DNA of 64,000 nt, from the IMG/VR virus record IMGVR_UViG_3300032236_001771, positions 36,077 to 100,076 of that record. One strand, written 5' to 3'. The notes below the pieces were generated by a model. It was not told the DNA's origin, ran no database searches, and was given only the letters and a program-made list of their open reading frames with translations. Made by a program: the position numbers and the translations under genes. The DNA comes from a virus. Each line of letters starts with the position of its first letter. Position 1 is the first letter of the stretch. This document shows, piece by piece, positions 40,122 through 46,943 of this stretch.

Positions 40122-40691
40122 ATGATTACATATAAGGCTACGAACACGTTAAATGGAAAATTTTATATTGGTAGTACTATAAATTTTAAACGCCGTAAAC
40201 GTGATCATCTTAAAGGCACTGAAAATTATCCATTTCAAAATGCATTAAGAAAAAATCCTGATGCATTTATATGGGAAATTTATGAAGATGAATATGATAA
40301 ACCAATTCTTGAACAATCTCTTTTAGATATGTGGTGTGGAAAAGAACAATGTTACAATTTAAATCCATTTGCAACAAGACCACCAAAAATTGATCCTGAA
40401 CTTAATCGCAAATTGGCTAGCAAAAAAGGAAGACGTTTAGTTGATGAAAAAATTGGTCTTTTTTCTAGAACTAAAGAAGAAATTGTTGCAGATGCAAAAA
40501 AAGGTAGAGCAGCTTTATCTCAAGAAATGATAATCAGAGGAGGAAAAGCAGCAGGAAAAATAACAAGTTCTCAAAAATGGATTGATCCAGAACATTTAGA
40601 CTTGGGAACAAGATCTGCAGCAACTTTAGTAAGAATGCAAATTGCTCGTGGATATCCACACGAATCTTGTAATAGAAAAAGAATTCAATAA
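40122..40691 (+). CDS. GIY-YIG homing-type endonuclease
   Basis: YKATNTLNGKFYIGSTINFKRRKRDH; C-terminal HLDLGTRSAATLVRMQIARGYPHESC DNA-binding repeat. Confidence 0.88.
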   Translation: MITYKATNTLNGKFYIGSTINFKRRKRDHLKGTENYPFQNALRKNPDAFIWEIYEDEYDKPILEQSLLDMWCGKEQCYNLNPFATRPPKIDPELNRKLASKKGRRLVDEKIGLFSRTKEEIVADAKKGRAALSQEMIIRGGKAAGKITSSQKWIDPEHLDLGTRSAATLVRMQIARGYPHESCNRKRIQ

Positions 40692-40710
40692 AAAATCCAG
40701 GCAAACTAAA

Positions 40711-41109
40711 ATGTTTTTTTCAAAAAAAATTAAAATTTATGAAAAAAATAATAACAAAGTGGCTTTATCTGATAGAGTATCATCAATAGTAGGTAGTTGG
40801 GGATTTATAATTACCCTAACTTTAATAACTTTATTTTGGATTATTTGGAATACAAATTCGCATAATAATAAAAAATTTGATCCATATCCGTTTATTTTAT
40901 TAAATTTAAGTTATTCTTTTTTGGCTGGTTATACTGCACCTATTCTTTTGATGGCTGCAAATCGTCAATCAGAAATTGATCGCAAAAGAGCAATAGAAAA
41001 TTTAGAACTAGATAGAATGGATCATAAAATTATTATAGCACTTGAAGAACACATTGATAAACATTTTGATGGCATCAATGAAAAGCTTGACAAGATGAAA
41101 AAACTGTGA
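40711..41109 (+). CDS. DUF1003-like membrane protein
   Basis: GSWGFIITLTLITLFWIIWN...DPYPFILLNLSYSFLAGYTAPILLMAANRQSEIDR; ATG 40711 preferred. Confidence 0.75.
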   Translation: MFFSKKIKIYEKNNNKVALSDRVSSIVGSWGFIITLTLITLFWIIWNTNSHNNKKFDPYPFILLNLSYSFLAGYTAPILLMAANRQSEIDRKRAIENLELDRMDHKIIIALEEHIDKHFDGINEKLDKMKKL

Positions 41110-41126
41110 TATACTGATTTTGTTAC

Positions 41127-41198
41127 GGGCGATTAGCTCAGCGGTAGAGCGTCTCCTTTACACGGAGAGGGTCGGGGGTTCAAGTCCCTCATCGCCCA
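41127..41198 (+). tRNA. tRNA-Val (UAC)
   Basis: GGGCGAT/ATCGCCC acceptor, anticodon loop TTTACAC, T-loop TTCAAGT. Confidence 0.93.
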
Positions 41199-41338
41199 TA
41201 GCAAGGCAAATGGATTAAATTATTACTTTTTTGATTTGTCTTGTGAGCTTAAAATTTAATTTGATTCCAAATGCTTATAAGCAAGAGGAACTTTTTTTGT
41301 ACCATTAAATTTTAGGTTGTAGACGTTCATTTAAACAA

Positions 41339-41740
41339 ATGCTTAAAAAACAACTTATTTTACTTACAGCCATTAGTACAATGGGGGTGGCTACCCTTCC
41401 ACAACTACCAGCAAAAGCTAGTGATTACTGTGGATACGCAAGTCATTATGGAATGGGTGATGGATATGGAGGGCAAAGAACAGCAAATGGTGAAGTTATG
41501 AATCCCTATGCTATGACTGCAGCCCACCCATATCTTCGTTTAGGAACTGAAATTGAAGTAACCGATCAACACACAAACAAAAAAATTATTGTTACAATTA
41601 ATGATCGGGGACCTTATGCTGCTGGAAGAATTTTGGATTTATCTTACGGGGCATTTTCGCAGATTAGAAATCCCAGAAGGGGTGAAACTTATGTATGTTA
41701 TGCTATTATTCCGCGGCATCATTCAAAATATGTCAGCTGA
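41339..41740 (+). CDS. RlpA-like double-psi beta-barrel protein with signal peptide
   Basis: MLKKQLILLTAISTMGVATLPQLPAKA signal; GQRTANGEVMNPYAMTAAHPYLRLGTEIEVTDQHTNKKIIVTINDRGPYAAGRILDLS. Confidence 0.88.
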   Translation: MLKKQLILLTAISTMGVATLPQLPAKASDYCGYASHYGMGDGYGGQRTANGEVMNPYAMTAAHPYLRLGTEIEVTDQHTNKKIIVTINDRGPYAAGRILDLSYGAFSQIRNPRRGETYVCYAIIPRHHSKYVS

Positions 41741-41747
41741 AGGGGGG

Positions 41748-41776
41748 TTGACAAATTTATCTAGATGGTGTAATAT
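41748..41776 (+). promoter_or_regulatory. sigma70-type promoter
   Basis: TTGACA (41748-41753), 17 nt, TAATAT (41771-41776). Confidence 0.7.
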
Positions 41777-41804
41777 GGTATGGTGATGACGAGAGGTTGC
41801 TTCA

Positions 41805-41960
41805 ATGACTAACGCCAAAACTCAAGAGTTTACCAAAGATCTGGATTATCTTATTGATAAAATCCATGAGTTAGTAGAAAAAGGATGTATAGATGAAGCA
41901 ATCTCTCTTTATGATACATATCAAGAGGAGATTAAAACTCCAATAATGATGGGCACGTAA
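41805..41960 (+). CDS. small hypothetical protein, 3' end overlaps tRNA-Arg
   Basis: 51 aa MTNAKTQEFTKDLDYLIDKIHELVEKGCIDEAISLYDTYQEEIKTPIMMGT; promoter upstream; not in track. Confidence 0.5.
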   Translation: MTNAKTQEFTKDLDYLIDKIHELVEKGCIDEAISLYDTYQEEIKTPIMMGT

Positions 41961-42023
41961 CTCAGTGGCTAGAGTATCCGCCTTCTAAGCGGTTTGTCGG
42001 GGGTTCAAATCCCTCCGTGCCTG
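41951..42023 (+). tRNA. tRNA-Arg (UCU)
   Basis: GGGCACG/CGTGCCT acceptor, loop CTTCTAA, T-loop TTCAAAT. Confidence 0.88.
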
Positions 42024-42054
42024 TTGACCTAAGTAAGTCGTTAAACTTCTTAAT

Positions 42055-42137
42055 GGGAGTATGGTGGAATCGGTAGACACACCAGACTTAAAATCTGTTG
42101 GGCATTGCCCGTGGGAGTTCAAGTCTCCCTACTCCTA
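42055..42137 (+). tRNA. tRNA-Leu (UAA)
   Basis: GGGAGTA/TACTCCT acceptor, loop CTTAAAA, long variable arm. Confidence 0.92.
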
Positions 42138-42169
42138 CTAAATAAAGTATTAGATAAAGATAATTACTT

Positions 42170-42421
42170 ATGAAAATATTATGTAAAATGTGTAATAAAG
42201 AATTAGAAGCAGTTAAATCATATTCAGTTCAATCTTGCCACTGTTCCAATGAAACTTGTATTAGAATAGACAGATATGGGCAACCCATAATTACTGCTAA
42301 TGATTTGACTAAGATTCAAATAGTAGATGCGATAAAACCAAGTAAAAAGCCTATTGACAAACCGGATGATATGCAGTATACTAGGAGGGTCCCAAGAAAA
42401 CTTGATTTTGAGATACGTTAA
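42170..42421 (+). CDS. small Cys-rich conserved cyanophage protein
   Basis: CKMCNKELE...CHCSNETC; 83 aa. Confidence 0.6.
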   Translation: MKILCKMCNKELEAVKSYSVQSCHCSNETCIRIDRYGQPIITANDLTKIQIVDAIKPSKKPIDKPDDMQYTRRVPRKLDFEIR

Positions 42422-42570
42422 TGGATGATCACACTAAACAAAATTGGCAAAAGATTAAAGATGTTATGGAGTCATCTGGCAATACTGATAATATGTTTTA
42501 TAGAAGAGCTTGTGAAATAGTAAGAACAGGTAAAGACCCCTTAGCTAAATATCTTGGAGACGAAGAATAA
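42421..42570 (+). CDS. small hypothetical protein
   Basis: 49 aa MDDHTKQNWQKIKDVMESSGNTDNMFYRRACEIVRTGKDPLAKYLGDEE; TAATG coupling with previous ORF; not in track. Confidence 0.55.
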   Translation: MDDHTKQNWQKIKDVMESSGNTDNMFYRRACEIVRTGKDPLAKYLGDEE

Positions 42571-42576
42571 ATTCAT

Positions 42577-42610
42577 CGGGCATTAGCGCAGTTTGGTAGC
42601 GCGTTGTGTT
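42577..42610 (+). pseudogene. 5' half of a tRNA (Pro-like), truncated at the anticodon loop
   Basis: CGGGCAT TA GCGC AGTTTGGTA GCGC G TTGTG TT; no matching anticodon 3' stem, T-arm or acceptor 3' strand downstream. Confidence 0.65.
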
Positions 42611-42638
42611 CTTGCTGTGATTGTTAAGGTAAAGTAGT

Positions 42639-42685
42639 TATAGTTTAGATTTTTTATAAATAATAATATACCAACCTAAACTATA
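42639..42685 (+). promoter_or_regulatory. long-range hairpin with late promoter TATAAATA (42655-42662) in its loop, upstream of HNH ORF
   Basis: TATAGTTTAG (42639-42648) perfectly complementary to CTAAACTATA (42676-42685), abutting the ATG at 42686. Confidence 0.65.
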
Positions 42686-43188
42686 ATGAATAAAGATCTT
42701 TTACTTGAAATGTTGAATAATGGAATGTCTATGAATGACATTTCAAAAAAGGAAAGTAAATCATCAACAACGGTTAGATATTGGTGTAAAAAATATGGAT
42801 TAAAATCTAATTATACTCCTATAAAAAATTCAAAATCAAAACATAAATGTGGAATGTGTAGTGAAACTAATCCTGAAAAATTTTATGGGCATAAAAAAAG
42901 TGTATGTGCAAAATGTCATAATAAATATACATTAGAATTGGGTCAAAAAAGAGGGAGTTTATTATTAATACTATGGGAGGAAAATGTATTTCTTGTGGGT
43001 ATAATAAATATTCTTCAGCACTTCATGTTCATCATATAGATCCGTCAAAAAAAGATCCAAAATTTGCCAATATTCGTTGTTGGAGTGAAAATAGGATACT
43101 TGACGAAATAAGAGGATGTGTGCTATTATGTGCTTGTTGTCATTCAGCAGTTCATGCTAATCAACTAATTCTTCCGAATGTCGCCTAA
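42686..43188 (+). pseudogene. HNH homing-type endonuclease, frameshifted
   Basis: ORFs 42686..43039 and 42973..43188 together form one protein: ...KCHNKYTLELGQKR / REFIINTMGGKCISCGYNKYSSALHVHHIDPSKKD...CVLLCACCHSAVHA; frame changes at about 42946-42957. Confidence 0.75.
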
Positions 43189-43249
43189 CTTGGTCATGGC
43201 ACCACTTTTGGGAAGTGGAATAATCTCAGTTCAAATCTGAGCATTCGGA
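43174..43249 (+). tRNA. tRNA-Pro (UGG)
   Basis: CCGAATG/CATTCGG acceptor, CCACT-TTTGGGA-AGTGG, CTCAG-TTCAAAT-CTGAG; overlaps last codons of the HNH frame. Confidence 0.9.
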
Positions 43250-43276
43250 TTAATAATAAATATTTTAAAATTAATT

Positions 43277-43471
43277 ATGCAAACGTTTACAGTGGAACAA
43301 TTTCAAGAAAATTTTGATGAACTTATGGACAGAGTTGAAAGTGGAGAATCTTTTATGATTACCAGTGAATATGGAAATGCTGTAATGATTCCATATAAAA
43401 ATATAGAAGGACTTATAGATGTGGATGATGAAGTCATACGCATCCACACAGATCACGAAGAAGGTTCGTGA
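43277..43471 (+). CDS. Phd/YefM-like antitoxin-family protein
   Basis: FTVEQFQENFDELMDRVESGESFMITSEYGNAVMIPY. Confidence 0.75.
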   Translation: MQTFTVEQFQENFDELMDRVESGESFMITSEYGNAVMIPYKNIEGLIDVDDEVIRIHTDHEEGS

Positions 43472-43478
43472 ATTTTAT

Positions 43479-43549
43479 GGGAGCATAGCTTAATGGTAGA
43501 GCGGCCTGCTTATAACGGGTTAGTCTGGGTTCAATTCCCAGTGTTCCTA
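43479..43549 (+). tRNA. tRNA-Ile (UAU)
   Basis: GGGAGCA/TGTTCCT acceptor, anticodon loop CTTATAA, CTGGG-TTCAATT-CCCAG. Confidence 0.8.
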
Positions 43550-43585
43550 TGCCCATAATGGGCAGTAAAATTAATTCATATACAT

Positions 43586-43753
43586 ATGGAAGACAATAAA
43601 GAAGAAATTGAACTTGATCTAACAGACGATGAAATTGAGTTACTAACTCTTATGGCCGAACAAAAAGGAATTACTATTGAACAATTAATGGAGCAAATTT
43701 TAAAAGATTCGCTTGAGCTTATTGAAAATCCTGATATTGGATTAACTGAATAA
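43586..43753 (+). CDS. small hypothetical protein (ribbon-helix-helix-like)
   Basis: 55 aa MEDNKEEIELDLTDDEIELLTLMAEQKGITIEQLMEQILKDSLELIENPDIGLTE; not in track. Confidence 0.55.
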   Translation: MEDNKEEIELDLTDDEIELLTLMAEQKGITIEQLMEQILKDSLELIENPDIGLTE

Positions 43754-43867
43754 TTTTTGCCCTCGTCGTATGGGCATTATAAGTGACGACTGGTGCGGAT
43801 GGGGTTACTCCCGCTTGGTTTCCAATTTCCAGTTAAAAAATTGGTGGCGAGCCTAGCAAGTAAAGGG

Positions 43868-43896
43868 TTGACATCCTTTAAACGTTATGGTATACT
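43868..43896 (+). promoter_or_regulatory. sigma70-type promoter
   Basis: TTGACA (43868-43873), 17 nt, TATACT (43891-43896). Confidence 0.8.
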
Positions 43897-43907
43897 AGAT
43901 ACCACAG

Positions 43908-43928
43908 TCCTCAATTTGAGGATTTTTT
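43908..43928 (+). terminator. terminator-like hairpin immediately 5' of tRNA-Gly
   Basis: TCCTCA-ATT-TGAGGA then TTTTTT, tRNA starts at next base. Confidence 0.5.
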
Positions 43929-43999
43929 GCGTGATTAGTGTAGTGGTAACATGCCTCCCTTCCAAGGAGTTGTCCTCGGTTCAAATCCGTGATCACGCT
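43929..43999 (+). tRNA. tRNA-Gly (UCC)
   Basis: GCGTGAT/ATCACGC acceptor, anticodon loop CTTCCAA, T-loop TTCAAAT. Confidence 0.9.
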
Positions 44000-44057
44000 T
44001 GCCCAAATCTTTGGGCAACTAAATAAACCTTGTATTTGTAATTTTTGATACAATCTT

Positions 44058-44939
44058 ATGAAACTTAAATCAATTTTTGCTGGTGTTGTTGCTTCTTCTA
44101 TGGTTGCACCTGCGCTTGCTACTCCAAACAGGCAGTTCTCTGATGTGTCCCCTACTAACTGGGCATATCAGGCAATTACCAATCTTAATGCTAATTATGG
44201 TTGCCTTGCTGGTTATCCTAATGGCACTCTGAAGCCTGCTCAGGCTGCTACTCGTGCTGAGCTGGTTGCTCTGACTAGTGCTTGCCTGGATCGCATCTCT
44301 GAGTTCTCCAGTGCCGAAGATGCTCGCACTGCTGCTGCTCTTCGTGCTGAGTTCTCCAAGGAACTTGCTGCCACTAATGCCCGTGTAACGACTCTGGAAG
44401 TTGCTTCTGCTCGTAAGACACAAGGTGTTGGTCAGTATGTTGGTATTGGTGTTCTTCTAGATCAGCAAGGTGTTGCAGGCAATGGATATGGTGCAAATCG
44501 CACTGTTTCTGGTGCTACTGTCCAGGCACGTTTCCCTGTTGCTACTGTTTGGGGAAATGAAGTTTCAGTTCGTCCTTATGCTAACTTTGTTGGCAGTCCT
44601 TCTGGTCAAATTGGTGCTGCTGGTGGTGCTCTTGCTACTTATGATTATTCCATCTCACACAAGACTCTTGCGAATGGAACTAAAGTAAGTCGTGCAAATG
44701 TCTATGGTGGTGTTGGTTATCAAGTTCCTTTTGTAAATAACACTACTTCTAACTATCAGTCTGCGGTTGGTTCACAGGGTCAAGTTGTTCTTGCTCTGGG
44801 TGTTGAGGGTCGTATCACCAATTCTTTGGTTGGTTTTGCTGATCTCAAGTTCCCTACTACCAATGCTGCTAATAGTTATGGTGTTACTAATGGAACTTAT
44901 AGTCCAGTGTTCACGACTGGTCTAGGAGTAAAATTTTAG
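44058..44939 (+). CDS. secreted SLH-domain outer-membrane/porin-like protein
   Basis: Signal MKLKSIFAGVVASSMVAPALA; FSDVSPTNWAYQAITNLNANYGCLAGYPNGTLKPAQAATRAELVALTSACLDRI (cyanobacterial porin SLH style); C-terminal beta-rich region ending GLGVKF. Confidence 0.85.
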   Translation: MKLKSIFAGVVASSMVAPALATPNRQFSDVSPTNWAYQAITNLNANYGCLAGYPNGTLKPAQAATRAELVALTSACLDRISEFSSAEDARTAAALRAEFSKELAATNARVTTLEVASARKTQGVGQYVGIGVLLDQQGVAGNGYGANRTVSGATVQARFPVATVWGNEVSVRPYANFVGSPSGQIGAAGGALATYDYSISHKTLANGTKVSRANVYGGVGYQVPFVNNTTSNYQSAVGSQGQVVLALGVEGRITNSLVGFADLKFPTTNAANSYGVTNGTYSPVFTTGLGVKF

Positions 44940-44964
44940 TAAACTACTCATAAGTTGAGTTGAG

Positions 44965-44986
44965 CCACCCCATAATGGGGTGGTTT
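44965..44986 (+). terminator. terminator after SLH gene
   Basis: CCACCCC-ATAAT-GGGGTGG then TTT. Confidence 0.65.
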
Positions 44987-45014
44987 ACATTAAATTTAAT
45001 TTATAAACTTTTTT

Positions 45015-45170
45015 ATGTCACTTATTTCACAAAAAGATAGAACTATTGTCATTAAGGCATTAGAGCATTATACTGCTGCATTTAAACACATTATGACTGA
45101 AAATGAAAGAGCAGAAACAAATGCTCTTCTTAATTGGATTAAACTTGAGTATAATAAACATGCAGATTAA
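45015..45170 (+). CDS. small hypothetical protein
   Basis: 51 aa MSLISQKDRTIVIKALEHYTAAFKHIMTENERAETNALLNWIKLEYNKHAD; not in track. Confidence 0.55.
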   Translation: MSLISQKDRTIVIKALEHYTAAFKHIMTENERAETNALLNWIKLEYNKHAD

Positions 45171-45189
45171 TTTGTGGTATAGTGAAACA

Positions 45190-45318
45190 ATGAAAGAATG
45201 GAGATGGACTTTAGTTGATTTTAAATTAAATATGGAATCTGGTGGACAATCAGATTTAAGACTTGCTATGAATGATGTAGCAAATACAGTTGAATATTTA
45301 ATTAATAAAACCAATTGA
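45190..45318 (+). CDS. small hypothetical protein
   Basis: 42 aa MKEWRWTLVDFKLNMESGGQSDLRLAMNDVANTVEYLINKTN; in-frame with track ORF 45103, start uncertain (also ATG 45160). Confidence 0.5.
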   Translation: MKEWRWTLVDFKLNMESGGQSDLRLAMNDVANTVEYLINKTN

Positions 45319-45326
45319 TTTTTTAT

Positions 45327-45398
45327 TCCCCTGTAGCTCAGTGGTAGAGCGCCGGTCTGTTAAACCGTTGGTCCCTGGTCCGAATCCAGGTGGGGGAG
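45327..45398 (+). tRNA. tRNA-Asn (GUU)
   Basis: TCCCCTG/TGGGGGA acceptor, anticodon loop CTGTTAA, CCTGG-TCCGAAT-CCAGG. Confidence 0.9.
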
Positions 45399-45435
45399 CT
45401 TTAATTAAACTAAATATATAAAAAACTATAAAATA

Positions 45436-45876
45436 ATGGAAGAATTACATAAAGCATTATATCGGGTTCAAGCAACTTTATTTCATTTATTTCAAAAAAC
45501 TTGGGTTTATCATTGGAATGTTGTAGGTAATGATTTTTATCAACTTCATACACTTTTTGGTGAAGAGTACGAATTTATGTTTGAAGAAGTTGATAAAATT
45601 TCTGAACACATTCGTTATTTTGGAATTAAAGCATTGGGTCCTTTAGATCAGATTATGAGCGAATCTGATATTACTACTGTTAATATGAAAGCCAGTTCTA
45701 TGGAAATGGTGAGTATTCTTCTTCAAGATAATGAAACTTTTATTAAACTTTTAAAACTTGCTAATAAAGTTGCTGATGAAGTTGATCAGCCACAAACGGC
45801 AAATTTACTTCAACAAATGATGGAAGATCATGGTAAATTTGTTTGGCAATTACGATCTATGTTAAGATCGTCATAA
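45436..45876 (+). CDS. dps: Dps/ferritin-like protein
   Basis: HWNVVGNDFYQLHTLFGEEYEFMFEEVDKISEHIRYFGIKALG ferroxidase signature. Confidence 0.85.
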   Translation: MEELHKALYRVQATLFHLFQKTWVYHWNVVGNDFYQLHTLFGEEYEFMFEEVDKISEHIRYFGIKALGPLDQIMSESDITTVNMKASSMEMVSILLQDNETFIKLLKLANKVADEVDQPQTANLLQQMMEDHGKFVWQLRSMLRSS

Positions 45877-45881
45877 TTTTT

Positions 45882-45908
45882 AAAAGGGCTTGACTAAGCT
45901 CTTTTTTT
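45882..45908 (+). terminator. terminator with promoter -35 in its loop
   Basis: AAAAGGGCTT-GACT-AAGCTCTTTT plus T-tract. Confidence 0.75.
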
Positions 45909-45918
45909 GTGGTATAAT
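45890..45918 (+). promoter_or_regulatory. sigma70-type promoter for gmd cluster
   Basis: TTGACT (45890-45895), 17 nt, TATAAT (45913-45918). Confidence 0.8.
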
Positions 45919-45941
45919 GGAATTGAAAACCTATTTAAAGT

Positions 45942-46943
45942 ATGAAAAAAGCTTTGTTGACGGGCATTACAGGTCAAGATGGATCTTATCTTGCTGAGTT
46001 GCTTTTGAAAAAAGGATATGAAGTTCATGGTATTATTCGTAGAGCATCTACTATTAATACTTCTAGAATTGATCATATTTATCCACAATTACATCTTCAT
46101 TATGGTGATTTAACTGATTCAACTAATTTAATTAGTATTATTCAAAAAGTTAAACCTGATGAAATTTATAATCTTGGAGCACAAAGTCATGTAAAAGTTT
46201 CTTTTGAAATTCCTGAATATACTGGTCAGGTGGATGCTTTGGGTACTTTGAGAATACTTGAAGCAATTCGTTTGCTTGGAATGGAAAGTAGTGTTAGAAT
46301 TTATCAAGCCTCTACTAGTGAACTTTATGGTCTTGTTCAAGAAATTCCTCAAAAAGAAACTACACCATTTTATCCTCGTTCACCTTATGGAGTGGCTAAA
46401 CTTTACGGGTATTGGATTCTCAAAAATTACCGAGAGTCATATGGATTATATGCGTGTACTGGAATTTTATTTAATCATGAATCCCCAAGACGTGGTGAAA
46501 CATTTGTAACCAGAAAAATTGTAAAAGGTCTTGCTGGAATTTCTTGGGGAACTCAAGATTGTCTTTATCTTGGCAACTTAAATGCCAAAAGAGATTGGGG
46601 TCATGCTAAAGATTTTGTTGAAGCGATGTGGTTAATGTTACAGCAAGATAAACCTGATGATTATGTTATTGCTACAGGAAAACAATATTCAGTTCGTCAA
46701 TTTGTAGAAAAATCTGCTCCATATTTTAATATGGATATTGTTTGGGAAGGAGAAGGTTTAAATGAAGTTGGAATTAATAAAAAAACGGGAAATATAGTTA
46801 TTAGAGTTGATCCTAAATATTTTAGACCTGCTGAAGTTGAAACTTTGCTTGGTGATTCTACTAAAGCAAAAGAAAAACTAGGGTGGAAACCTATAATTGA
46901 TTTTGATAATTTAGTTGAGGATATGTGTAAAAATGGACTTTGA
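45942..46943 (+). CDS. gmd: GDP-mannose 4,6-dehydratase
   Basis: [70 protein letters not shown]. Confidence 0.95.
   Translation: MKKALLTGITGQDGSYLAELLLKKGYEVHGIIRRASTINTSRIDHIYPQLHLHYGDLTDSTNLISIIQKVKPDEIYNLGAQSHVKVSFEIPEYTGQVDALGTLRILEAIRLLGMESSVRIYQASTSELYGLVQEIPQKETTPFYPRSPYGVAKLYGYWILKNYRESYGLYACTGILFNHESPRRGETFVTRKIVKGLAGISWGTQDCLYLGNLNAKRDWGHAKDFVEAMWLMLQQDKPDDYVIATGKQYSVRQFVEKSAPYFNMDIVWEGEGLNEVGINKKTGNIVIRVDPKYFRPAEVETLLGDSTKAKEKLGWKPIIDFDNLVEDMCKNGL

Noticed and set aside
42577-43249. Group I intron splitting a tRNA-Pro gene (5' exon 42577-42610, 3' exon in 43205-43249)
   Set aside because: The acceptor strands (CGGGCAT versus CATTCGG) and anticodon stems (TTGTG versus AGTGG) do not pair, while 43174-43249 folds as a complete tRNA alone.
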